From the NCBI GenBank assembly GCA_035084275.1, contig CM068742.1, positions 310,001-374,000 of the forward strand: DNA of 64,000 nucleotides, given 5' to 3'. Origin of the DNA: Hydrolagus colliei. Taxonomy: Eukaryota. The notes beneath the pieces were generated by a model that was given only the letters and a program-made list of their open reading frames with translations, did no database searches and had not been told where the DNA came from. Made by a program: the position numbers and the translations under genes. Of the stretch, positions 50,434 to 62,902 are shown one piece after another; position 1 is the first letter of the stretch, and every line of letters starts with the position of its first letter.

Positions 50434-51009
50434 TAGTTCCCTTTTGAAAGCTAATATGGATTAATCAAAAGTATGGAACCCAATCATGCCATGTGATCTT
50501 TAAACTCTACCTCACCTGAACAGCCAAACGAGATCTCAGTTTAACATCCCCATCAATGACAACAAAATTACATTCATGGAGTGCATTGATAAATAACATT
50601 TATCAATGTTAATGATAAATAACATTTATCAATGCAGGTCTCCCCTAGTATTGCAAGAGATCAAAACGCCAGCATGGGGCTTGAACCCACAATATTCTTT
50701 ATTAATAACAACTTTGAAATTGCTTCCATATTATCTGTTACTAATCTTTTTCTAAAAAAAAGATATATTATGGATTTAATGGAGGCAGCGAAGCTTTGAG
50801 GTCCAAATAATTCCATCCAGTTAATGATGACATCCTTTTTGAGATGTGATCTCGAGTTCCCTTGCAAATTGGGTCAGGGGGGAATCTGCAGTTGGTATAG
50901 TAGAACAGTGTTTATTTGAATTTTAATGAAACATCTGTTACTGAATTAGCCATGTGTTCAGATGAGGATAAAATGTGAATATTTAAAAAATATATTATTT
51001 TTTTCATTT

Positions 51010-51300
51010 GCGGAGCCCCTAATGGTTAGAGCACTCGCCTTACAAGCGAGAGACCTGGGTTCAATTCCAGGCAGGGCGAAACCTTGGGCAAATTTCCTTT
51101 CTCCACATGCCTAGTGATAATCCCTCAAAAAAACAATAGTAAATTGGTCATTTCAATCCACGCAATTGGCTGTCATGTTTTGTCCACAAATATACAGTCA
51201 ATTCACTTTACAGTATATTCTGTAAAGCGCTTTGAGACGTCTAGAAGACGTGGGAAGCGCTCTATCAAATGCAAGGATTGCTGTTATTTTTATTATTATT
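51010..51300 (+). mobile_element. tRNA-derived SINE
   Basis: Same family. Confidence 0.88.
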
Positions 51301-51571
51301 CTGATTCAGAAGCAATTTGAGGCAGGTTTGCACCCTAGTGGTGAAAAGCAAATCATGCAACTTTTATATTGGTGCAATCTGATGCTTTTGAAATTCTAGA
51401 TTTTATTGTGATCTTATGAAAACAACAGGAGCTGGTCCTTCTACTTCACTTGCAGTCGATGGACAAAGCGAAAACTGCCTGTCGTTCTCACTCACTCTCA
51501 ATCATTCACTCTCCAGAGCACAAAAGCAAGGGAAAGAAAATCATGCAAACAGTCTCGTTTTATTCTGTTAG

Positions 51572-51750
51572 TGCCAGGAATACATCAGCAAGTGACTACA
51601 GGAAGAGACGGAAGTCTGAGCCAGCAGTTGGTCACCAGAGAGCACAGAGCGACCAAGCTGTACAGAAAGGTGGTGACCCACAAAGCTTCAGCAACGTAAG
51701 CAGGAAGTCATTGACCAGTTCCTCTCCATCATCGCCATCCAGAGTCAAAG
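51572..51750 (+). CDS. SORBS2: SORBS2 exon ARNTSASDYRKRRKSEPAVG...SSSPSSPSRVK
   Basis: ctgttag|T...AAAG|gtagga; phase 2-1; a second in-frame acceptor would start the exon at 51578. Confidence 0.94.
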
Positions 51751-53898
51751 GTAGGAATTAGGAAATACAGCCGCGAACGCAAGACATTCGGTTAACCGAA
51801 TGAAATTGGTAAAAAGGAAATGTGTTCAAATGCACCTTTAAGAGTTAATAAATATTTCTAATTGTAAAGAGAAATTGCTTTTGCAGCTCGGTGACTCTCA
51901 GCAGGCCTCTCAGTGAATGAATGAGCGAATGGAGATTGTTTGTTTCTTTTTGTCAAATAGCTAATGAGATGAATGGCCAGCTTTACCTTTCTCCTATTTG
52001 AAACAGTCAAATTGCCTACCAAGGATGCTCATGAGTGTACTCTGGCTGCTAGCCTCTTTAGGTTAGCGATTTCTCCTCAAATGCCTACAAAAGGCAAATT
52101 TGCAGCAACGACCATGGTTGCAATTAGGGTATTTGCATATGCACAAAGAAGGAAATCAAGCTTGATAGTTTGTAGAATTATTATTATTATAATTAAAAGT
52201 TGGTAGAATATTTCACAATGATCTTAAGAGAGCAGAACAAATGAAACAAGTGGATTAGAAATTCTGGTAAACTTCTGGTTTGAGGGCATATCTGACTGGA
52301 AAATATTGATTTTAGCTCGTGTGTTCAATTTTATTCACAAGCAATAAAGGGACCTGCAGTATTTGAGATGTATATGTGGTTTCTGCTTTGTCAGATTAAT
52401 AATTATTGCTAACAATTAGAAAAATTCTTCTAGTCACAGTTCATCTCGATAAGTAAATAGTGGATAGCTCAAATAAATTAAGTTAGAGGCAGGAATATTC
52501 CCATTTATAACATTCACACTGTTTTCTTATTTACTGTAGTTATTACAATCAAATGGTTTATTAAACTAGGGATGCAACATTTTTGGTAATTATGGTTTAA
52601 AACAAATGATCAAAATGTGATAACAAAGAATTAAGAGTCAGCATTTTGTGTTGCTTTAGTTTGAGAAATGTTGTTAAATTATAAATCTATTTGACAAAGT
52701 GGAGGTTTCTTATGGAGGACCATTTCCACTATGTTATCCATGCAGCATTGTTGAATTTTTCAGAACGTTGAAACAATCTTGTAAGTTTTGGGGACCACAA
52801 TTTTTCCACTAAAAGGTTTGCGTAGTGTTCTTAATTTTCCTCCTGGGATGCAAGGTTTATAGCTGGTGTTGATCACATTCTTCAGTTCTTTTGCATTAAG
52901 TGTACAAAGGTGTGGATGCATGCCTGCTCTCTGGTTACCTTTATATGACTGTAGACTGCTCCACTTAAACGGTTGTTTTAAATGTCACTTGGAGAATATT
53001 TCTGTTTCCCTCTCGTCCCATTTTCTGTATCTTCTTCCATCGCGCACTGCATCAAACTGTTGAGAGCGCAGTTCCTCTGCCAAGTGGTGCTGTTTTATCA
53101 AGCCAAGGGGCATTGAAAGGAAACGGAGGGATCTCTCTCTCTCTATTCTCTTTGTTTCCTCTTCTCCTGTAAGAAAACCTCCACTCTGCAGCCCTGGCCC
53201 ATGTGGGAATTAACATGAGTTTGCACTTGTTACCCTTGTAGCTGTTTGCACCCGTATTTGTCTGTCATCTTCATACACTTGTCAAAAAGATGGCGTTTTG
53301 TTTTCCTGGGGATTTAATATTTAATAATACGACTGATTCGTGGAGGACAGGAAGTCATTGTAAAGGCTTGTGTTTTATGTATTAGTGTTACAAAATTTTC
53401 TGCTTGACCACTTTTAGCTTTGCTTAAATATGTCTATTTTTACAAACTATTGATGCTTTGGGACTGGGAGTATCTCAGTACTAACTGCTTTAACACTTTT
53501 GTGCATATAGTCGCTAAACCCCGTGAACATTGCATTACTATATAATGTCTTTGCCCTGCGTTGAAATGCCAGTAATAACACAAAATGATTAATTTCCGCT
53601 AGATCATATCAGAAAAAAGTACATTCTTATAAACAAATGCCAGCAGCTGAGTATCCTGCTGTTTGAATATAACAGAGATCTAATCCTATGAGGAACTGAA
53701 AGAAATTCAGGTGAAAAGGTTTCATCATTTTCACCACACCGAAAAGGTATTATAAGTGAGGCTTAGACAAGTGATAGAATAATCTGAGAGTTTTGTGAGT
53801 TGGAGCTCTTACGTTTGTGGTTAAAACACTTTAAGGGCAATGTAATCACGTAAGTGAGTTGCATTAAAATACAGGCCAACCCCATTATAATACAATTA

Positions 53899-54572
53899 CA
53901 GTGGGAGCCCGTTTATCCGTGACTCGATGCACCGGCATTTCCGTATAACCGGCACGCCCCCAAAAAAGTCCCCATTCGATAAACCGGGACTTATCCGGAA
54001 CCATAGAGGAGGAGCATTTGTAAATGCGTAAATAATAACATTGGCTCTCACCGTCAAAACCACTCTCGCCACCACCCCGCTGGTAGATGCTGCGCTTGAA
54101 GCCATGATGCTGCGGTTGAGGTTTACAGTCCAGTGACTCCCCCCAAAATGGAGCACGCCAAGCGGGCGAAAAAAACAGAGCGCATATGATTTTTAAGTCA
54201 CACGAGCAGCAAACCGATAACGCTAGTCGATAACCCACATTGTTGCGCAGGTGCAGTATTTTGCCACAGGTAGAGTCTAAGGTTTCGGCTTGCAGCTAGT
54301 AAAGTCGCGCGACTTTAAAATCGCTTCTTTCACCCGCCTGGCACCCCCCTCAGCGATTCAAAAAAGAATCGCTGGACTGCAAACCCCAACCAGCAAAGGT
54401 GGGAAGCGCGAGAAAGCAGCCCCAACAACAAGCACCAACACAACATTCTGTCACTATCTGCCATTACTTAGTCTGGTGTGTATGGTGTGCGTAAAAAGAA
54501 CTTTAATTTTTTTGTGGTGGGTTTACGGTCGCGGGCCGCCCGAATAGAAGCCGGATAAACGGGCTTCTGCTG
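53899..54572. mobile_element. Non-autonomous Tigger/pogo-like (Tc1/mariner superfamily) DNA transposon
   Basis: TA|CAGTGGGAGCCCGTTTATCCG ... CGGATAAACGGGCTTCTGCTG|TA: imperfect TIRs, TA TSD, CpG-rich, no transposase ORF. Confidence 0.82.
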
Positions 54573-55151
54573 TAAGGTTAATAAATTCAGAATCCCGCAT
54601 AATAGTGCTCGTACTATAATACACCTGCCTGTCATCGCTTTGGGTAGCTGGGTTGCCTAAATCAGCAGATGGGAGTAACTTCCACTCGAAAAATAAGAGA
54701 ACAATTCAGTTCAGTTTTATTTTATCAACAGACAAATGACTAAAAAGTCTCAAAGGGTATAAAAATGCAGTCAGCCAGCTCTCGATGCACCGTATGGGCT
54801 AATTAATGGCTGTTCACATTCAACTGCCCTCTGTCACACACTCGCATCATCTCATAGAATCTAAAAGGCCAATATATTCACATGTTTTTTCTGGGCACTG
54901 TTAATAATACAATCAACATCTTCAGGACCTTTAAGGGGAGCAGATGAGGGTCTTATTGAAACCAATCAGAACATGTTGTTAATATTTGTAGAGCAAAGTA
55001 CATTATATAGTAATTATGTTCAGGTCTTCTGTATCTTGAGTCTTTCTTTGCATTTCTTAACGATAGTTGCTGCTATTGAAATCCTGTCCTTTATGCCTGT
55101 TAACTCTGGAAATGTCTCTCTTTTAACCATGCTGCTCTGTGGATCTGAAAG

Positions 55152-56711
55152 GTGGGAATAATAACAAATCATATCCACCTCTTCTTAGCTGTGTACTTCA
55201 CAACCAAAATGCTTCTCATGAGTTAGATTACGGTAGCCGCTATAGCCAGCCTCTGGTGATTATTACACCGAGCCCGAAAAGATCTGTCGTTTTTAAGAAC
55301 AGCTGGCAGATGAACCGACAGAACGCCGAAGCTTGGAGTAGCACCGAAGAAGCCACTTCGCCTAAGATCAGGTCTCGTAGCTGCGACGATCTGCTGCAAA
55401 ATGACTATGTCCAGGAAGCTCAGACCAAGTCTGAGAGCATGGTATCATTGGTTTGTGATGAACAACCCAAAGACGAGAACTCCAGAGGCTGGCTCTCACC
55501 GCACGGCCCTGGGGGGCCTCCCTGCCACAGACCACGAATCCGCCATAAGTCCGCACATGGTAGTAGCAAAGGGTTCTTGAAATTGTACAAGAAAATGCAC
55601 CACATAAACCGCAAAGACTTATTGAATCCAGAAGTGATCTGCTCGGTCAAATCCAGGATTTTACAGTACGAACAGGAGCAGCACAAAGACAACCTTCCAG
55701 ACTGGAAAGAATTGTCCGATGAGGTGCCGAGGGATATGGTACCAACTAGGATCTCTGAATTTGAAAAACTCATTCAGAAGTCAAAGTCCATGCCTAACCT
55801 TGAGGGGATTTTATCTGATAACTGCTTTACAATTCCAAGGAAAGCAGCCTGCCCCAGACGGCGTCTATCCATTGAATCTCTATTAGACGAGGAAAACCAC
55901 GGCAGAAAGATCGCGATGCTGCAGCAGCAGTTTTATTCGTCAAAATCTATTGTGCCAATTCACATTAAAGTGGCCAACGAACAACAACAAAGAATGGCAT
56001 CCCAGTTTGAATATACTGAGATGGACAGCGACCATGAGGCTGTGGTTTCGGACCTCAGTGATTTTATTCAGATTGAAGGCTCTTCCTTCTGCAGTGAAAG
56101 TGACTTTGACCATTTCTCTTTTACATCTTCTGAAAGTTTCTACGGCTCAAGCCACCATCTCCACAACCATAAACATTACCTCAGTTCCTGCAAAGGGAGA
56201 TGTCCTGCTTCCTACACGAGGTTTACCACCATGCTCAAGCACGAAAGGGCGAAGCAGGAACAAAAACCAGCTTCGAAAAAGCCAGAACCTGAATCCAACC
56301 TTTCAAAGCTAGCATTCCTCGTCAGTCCAGTGCCTTTCAGAAGGAAAAAGGGCTCAAATCCTCAAAAGAAACCTGAAAAGTCAAAATCTAAATCGTCTGT
56401 GTTCGAAGCATTGGATTCTGCTTTGAAAGACATCTATGATCACATCAAAGCAGAGAAAAGGCGAGGCAGCTTACCCGATAACAGCATATTACACAGACTT
56501 ATAACAGAGCTGCTTCCAGACATCCCCGAAAGGAATTCATCCCTCAAGGTCCTAAGGAAGAAAAGTAGTCCACAGCCTTCCCAGCAACAACCAGAAGATA
56601 TAAACGTTTCTTTGTACCAGTCTGATTGTGAAAAATGTCCTTTTAGTGCCTCTTACCAAGATATGGACACCAACAACAACCCAGAAAATGATTACACACT
56701 GTGCTACCAAG
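55152..56711 (+). CDS. SORBS2: SORBS2 1560-nt nArgBP2-type (neural isoform) exon
   Basis: ctgaaag|GT...CAAG|gtgcag; phase 1-1; within ORF 55139. Motifs [39 protein letters not shown] and [17 protein letters not shown] match the mammalian large exon. Confidence 0.97.
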
Positions 56712-59700
56712 GTGCAGCAGCATTCCTAACCTTCAGTGTGTGTCTGAGAGTGTCTCTGTGTCGATCCACCATTTCATTTTCCATCTGTTTTAATGCTTGA
56801 CGACATGAATTTTAATAAGGCAACGTAACACTTCTTTGACGCATGATTACTTTTTCATCTTTTGTCTTTAAAATTAAGATTTGGAAATAGAAACGGCCAG
56901 TTTAGCACAATTAATTTGCTCTTTTTTTTAATTCCAGAAAAATGTCTACAGCTAAGCTAACATGACATCAGTCTCTTGTCAGCATCATATACACTATGAT
57001 ATATATATATATATTCACTTTTAGGTTTTTATCTTAAATATTTCTGAAATGTGTCAGTAGTATGCCTTTAAAATAGCAAAACAACTAAATTAAACAGTGG
57101 GATGCATTTGTTACATTGACCTATTTTGAACCACACATTTAAGCAGAAGTACATTACCACATGCTTGAGATTCATACAATAAAAGTGAAGTTTGTAGTTG
57201 TTCCATATAGATACGTCCGGTAATCTTTCCCGCCTCTTGTCCATTGAAGACCGAGCTACCCATTAGGACTTTGCCTTGCCATTAACAGGATGACCCTAGT
57301 GACTGAATCTGCCGTTGAGCCAGGAATACTGCAGACCCGCCTGGTTTAGGAACCGGATTACCAAGACTGCCACAGAGGACCGGCTCGGTATCTGAAATTC
57401 CATTGCCAGGCATGTCACCTTGGAACCAGTTGAGCTCCAAGGAGACCTTGATTACCTCCCCCTTCCCCAGGAGGATAGACACTAGTTGGCGTTTTTACAT
57501 CCACAGGCGTGGTTTGGTCCCTCACGAGGTGGAATGGTACATAGATCCGTAAACCTGTGAATGAAACACAAACCTATTCAGGTCTACCACGTTTTGCTGA
57601 GTTATTATGCCAGTGTAAGAAATATCAGTATAAGAAAGTATAAGAAATATTGGACATATTTTATTAGAATCAAGGAAAAACATAACTCGCATAAGGTTTG
57701 TAGAGCCACAGGTAATAAAATTTTATTCTAACCAAATGATTTTCCTTTTGTTGAAAAAGTGTGTTTTATTTTTGCCATTTCAGCCCACTTAAAATCATTG
57801 CTATTTATTTCAACACATTCCAATGTATCGTCTGTGTTGCCGTTTGGTATCATGTTTTAACGGGTTATTGTTTTTTCCTGCTTGGTCTGAATATATACGT
57901 CACCCCATTGTAAAACGCTACTAATAGGAAGTGATACTAATGTGTAGTACTTCAAATGCAAGAGGAAGACTTCCCTATCTTTGTGTGATCCCTACGTGTG
58001 TTCATATATTTTGCTTTATTATAGTGTATATCAATTCATCAATGGAGTATTATTCCAGGCACTACAAGTTGATTTGAGATCCATTTTGAATCTAATATTG
58101 CTAACAGTCTAATCTTAACAACTGTACTACACCATTAATCAACATATAGTACAATATTAGGAACTTTTGTCTACCAGAAAGCATTCACTATACTTTCCAG
58201 TAAATCTAGTGCAGCTCTGGCAAGTCCACTGTCAAGAAAGGCCTTGTATATCAATTCATAACGAGATAATTATCAAAATCACCGAAAAGTATCACTTTAT
58301 TCCACCTATTACAAAAGCCTGGCTATGAGCATGAATTCCTCCCCCCACAGATGTTTTTTTTTAGTTCAACCGGGTGTCTGACACGCACAGCTCCAAAGAA
58401 GCCCAATCACACCCCCTCAGCAGGAGCACATTGCATTAGCCATTTGACATGAAATAATCTGCTACTTTAAAACCTTTGAAAAGGAGCTAATGTTAATCAA
58501 TTTTAACGTTGATGAAACCACTACCTACATAACAAGGCAACCTTTAACCAAAATGACCATGTTTGGTATGTTTCCTCTCCCAATTGATTACATCATATGT
58601 GCTGTATGTGCTCGGTGGTGACCAAGGTACTCATATTACTTTCATATGTCCAGCTCCAGCAGTTTCAACTAGTTAGGCCCAAGGCCAAAACGAATCTCAA
58701 TGGTAAGTGTCCCTTTCAGTTCACCCACAGATCATTGAATATACTTCTTCCAGATCTTAAACCTTCTGTGCAGAATTTAGCTCCACTGAATTTTGCAATA
58801 AAATACACTTGTTAGAATATTGCATGCTAATGTAGGTTTTATTTACCAAAGACCCATTAACTAACTGCAGGATAATAATAGATAGATATGCGTAAGAAGG
58901 CAGTAATTGATTCAAATTGTACCAGAGGAATTTATGACTAGCCTTTGACTGATAGAGAATGTGTTGTGAGTTAGATTCAAGAAGATAGTACATCATCTGA
59001 AGAGGCTGTATAATTTGAGCTCCTGTTTCAGTGCAATAATACTGGCTGTTTAGGCAGTGCAGGATGGCAGGAAAATGTACAACTCATTTTATATTCCTGG
59101 TCATTAAAATCACATAATTTGGCCCTTTTAATTTCTAAAACAGTGAATGCAGTTTTATTCAATTTCTCCCTCTCAGCATTTGAAGGCTTCACAACACTAT
59201 ATACCCTGAGAGTTAAAATGGAAGGCCCACGAGTTGGCAGGGATTTAAATGTTCAACTAACAGTAGCCGATCAGCGGAGCAAAGGTGGCAACTGCAAATA
59301 CATGTCCTGGGACAGACAAAAAAAAAAAGTGCAAAATCTGTACTCACACTTTCCCATTATTGCAACAGTTTGAAATGCTCCCAAATCACCTTCCAAAGGA
59401 GATCGTTTGCCAATCTCTGTTTCCACAATCTTCGATTCAGCTGAGCCGCTGCTGCGGTAAGATAGGATCCTCAGCTGCTCCCATCAATAATCGCTCTCAC
59501 TTCGCCCTCTCTGTAAAACAGAATAGCATTCATATCCCCCACAGCATAATCTATTTATGTTTTATTCTAAAGGACACACCGGGCAACATTAACTCAGGGT
59601 TCATTCATGTGAAGGAAATGCTATCAGTTATGAAACACTAGCATTTATATCTCCTGAGTAAAAATGGATTGAGTGTTTCACTCGAGTATTAATTATTTGC

Positions 59701-59979
59701 TTACAGATAGAAGGATTCTTGCACGTGTAGAAGAATTGTACCCCGAAAATCTGTCCTTTCCTTGGGAAATACTAGGTTCCTGTTTCTTGATCTTACTTCA
59801 GAATCCTCACAGGGTGAAAATCACTGTAGGGTTTATTCTACCTAAATCACAGGTAGTATTATTGAGCACAATCATCCTGCAGTTTTTTGTTATTTGACCG
59901 AGTAGCTAAAAAAAAACTGGTCTGTAAAGTTTACAACTTTGTATGGATCGTTTAATTTGTTGCTCTTTATTTTGAATAG

Positions 59980-60080
59980 ATCAGGAATCTCCTAGGTATA
60001 TCTCTGAGATGGGTCGATATACACCAAGGAATCAAAGGGAAACCCCAGATGAAATATGTAGACGCTTGGAACAAAGAGAG
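59980..60080 (+). CDS. SORBS2: SORBS2 exon DQESPRYISEMGRYTPRNQRETPDEICRRLEQRE
   Basis: tgaatag|AT...GAG|gtaacc; phase 1-0; resembles human DRESPR...MGR..PR...TP. Confidence 0.92.
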
Positions 60081-60542
60081 GTAACCAGATATTTTTAGTG
60101 TATACGAGTCTAATAGAGGGTATTCAAAACATACACTCATTCACTCACTCACATTTCCCCTATGTTAGAGCAAAACTGCACTTACTTAGTCCGGATCCTG
60201 GTGTCTGATTCAAGCAATACTTTCTCATACTCATATTCTCACACTCACACTTTTGTTTGCTTCACTCGTTCACACATTCTCATTCTCACACACAAAGATA
60301 TTGCATGCTTCATGTCATCATGCAATCTAGTTGATTGACTGAAAGCATCAACCATCAGAACTGATACGTTCAGCCAGGCTACTAGTTGGGGAAGCTATTG
60401 TTGCCTTCAACACTCCAGGTGATTGGGAGAAGGGGGGATTCAGCCAAGGAGAACCTGGATCCCAGGTATGGTGCCAACAGTGTAGATCCCTGGCTGTCCA
60501 CCACCTGGGACAGTCCTGTAGACAGTCCTGACAGTCCACTTT

Positions 60543-60800
60543 GTGGAGTCCTGAAGCTTAGTGGTTAGAGCACTCGCAAGCAAGAGACTTGGATTCAATT
60601 CCAGGCAGAGCAAAACAACAACAACAAAATTACATTTATAATTTCACGTCGGGACCACAGGTGAGTTTCCTTCCCACACGCCTAATAATGATCCCTAAAA
60701 AATAATAATAATAATTTGGCCACTCAATCCATGGCTGTTTGTGGGACACTTTTGTGCACCATTGGCTGCCGCATTTTGCCCACAAATATACAGTCAATTC
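60543..60800 (+). mobile_element. tRNA-derived SINE interrupted by a short inverted L2 tail (about 60612-60654)
   Basis: Head GTGGAGTCC..AGTGGTTAGAGCACTCGC; insert AACAACAACAACAAAATTACATTTATA..TTTCACGTCGGGA. Confidence 0.75.
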
Positions 60801-61154
60801 ACTTTACAATATATTCTGTGCAACTGCATTTTTTAAAAACTGGATTCTGCAGTAACATATTGCAAGGGAGAAAAAAAATTGGGAATTTCAACCCCATGTA
60901 TTTTCAGTCAAAGCACTGTATGAAAAGTAGCATGTTTTATCTAAACTATTTGGTAAGTCTATTTCCAAGCACCATATTCAGATTTCGACAGATAGGGACC
61001 ACAATTTAGCCAAACTCACACAGTGCCACTGGAGCCACTTTGGAGAGCACACAACAAACATTTCCCCGTAATGTGAGTTGCTAGTGCCTGATCAAGAATA
61101 TGTGAAGTGGTAGATTTAGTTGAAAGTTGAAATTAACCCATTATAAACAACTAT

Positions 61155-62680
61155 GACAATAACAGCAACAACAAAGACATTTGTTTAGCACCTTTCACGT
61201 TGGGAGGACGTCCCAAGGCGCTGGACAGTCGGTATTTAGGATCCGAGCTGGGGTCGGTAGCGGAGAGGGTGAAGGGTAGGGGGGTGACCAATTGAATGGT
61301 CGAAGTGGAGGACCTCTAGGAAGCCAGGGATGGGGCAAGGTGGAGAGACTGCGGGATGGAATTCCAGAGGTTCGGAGCAGAGTGACTGAAGGCTCACCCA
61401 CCAATGGTGGGGTAGGTGATTTGGGCCATGGAGTAGCTGGAGCCCGTTGAGCGGAGGGAACGGACAGTGCGATAGAGGTTAGGAGGTCATAAAGGTGGGG
61501 CAAGGCCATAGAAGGGCTTTGTAGGTGAGAACCAGGATCTTGAATTGAATCCGAGTGATGGAAAGCGTGGAGTCAGGTGAAAATGGTTATGGTAGGGGTG
61601 AGGAGCTCGGTGCAGGAGAAGACACGGGCTGCAGAGTTCTGGATGATCTGCAGCCTGTGGAATGAGGAATTGTGGAGCCGACAAGCAGGGAAGGGAGTTG
61701 GTGTAGTCAAGCTTAGACGTAATGAAGGCATGAACGAAAGTATCAGCATCCTGTGGGGGGAGGTAGTGGCGGAGTCAATGTGAGGTGTAGGTGAGGGAAG
61801 GCAGTGTGGGTTATGGCATGGTTGTGGGGAAGAAAAGGCAGTTAAAGATCGAACAAGACAACAAGCTTCCTGACTGGCTTAATGAGGTGGAGTGTGTAAC
61901 ATTCAACTGTAGAAAGTTTGTTCTTATCCAGGACTTGATATCTGCCAGGCAGTCTGTCAGGACATTAGTGGTCCTGGAATCGAGAGTGGAAGCAGAGATA
62001 GAGTTGGGTGTCATCCGCATACACATATGGAAGTTGAACCCACTTCTGCGGATGTTGTCACCAAGGGAGTGCATACAGATGTTGAAAAGGAGAGGGCCAA
62101 GGACAGAGCTCTAGGGAATGCCACATGTGACAATGCAGGGTGGGCGAGGGGTGGCTGGAGGAGAAGCTGTTAGAGCCTACAAAATGGAAAAACAGTGGGA
62201 GAGGTAAGATTTGAACCAGGCAAGGGTAGATCCATAAAGATTGAGCTGAGATGAGAGTTGATGTAGGAGGATGGAGTTGTCTGCAGTGTCAAAGGCATCA
62301 CAGAGGTTAAGATGGACTTGGAGGCAGATAGAGCCCTTGTCCCAGATTTTCAGAATGTCATTAGAAACTCTGACCATGGCTGTTTCCATACTGTGGTGGG
62401 AAAGAAGAGTGAAGCTGTGACGTGACAACTCGTTCCAGGGCCTTGGAGAGGAATGGGAGGTTAGTTAGGGCAATAGCAGGAGAGTAGGGATGGATCCAAG
62501 GAAGACTTCTTTCACGTTGGGGCTAATGACAGCTGTTTCAAGGCAGTCTAACCCTCAGTGCCAATGGCTAAAGTGAGGTTGAAGATGTCGGTTAGAAGAG
62601 GAGTCAGAAGGTGGAGCTGGGAGGTGAGGAGAGAGGTGGGGATAGGGGTTGAGGGAGCAGTTGGTGGGCTTCATTTTAGA
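61155..62680 (-). mobile_element. Degenerate L2 LINE, about 1.5 kb
   Basis: Frameshifted RT remnants (HSMETAMVRVSNDIL, AFDTAD, CLADIKSW); same 3' tail as the 44434 copy. Confidence 0.88.
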
Positions 62681-62902
62681 AATAGCACTAAATAATCACC
62701 AACAGTGGACCCAGTGACTACTATCGGTGGCTTTGTCCACTCCAGCTTAATCAAGTTTGATAGTTGGGGTTGAGTGGGGGTAAGGGAGGGAATGGGGCAG
62801 ATATTGACTGGTGTGAATTTCCGATTTGGTAATTAATACCAGTGATGATTATCTCATTACTCAAAGCACAATAGTTTCTGATGAGTTTATTTTTCTTTTC
62901 AG

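Noticed and set aside
13522-51320. Recurring ORFs MGKFPYS...TNIQSIHFTVYSVKRFETS suggesting a small gene family
   Set aside because: They are translations of SINE copies with variable frameshifts.
60385-60415. VGEAIVAFN resembling an SH3 start (GEAIAKYNF)
   Set aside because: The downstream residues lack SH3 motifs; treated as coincidence within the candidate exon.
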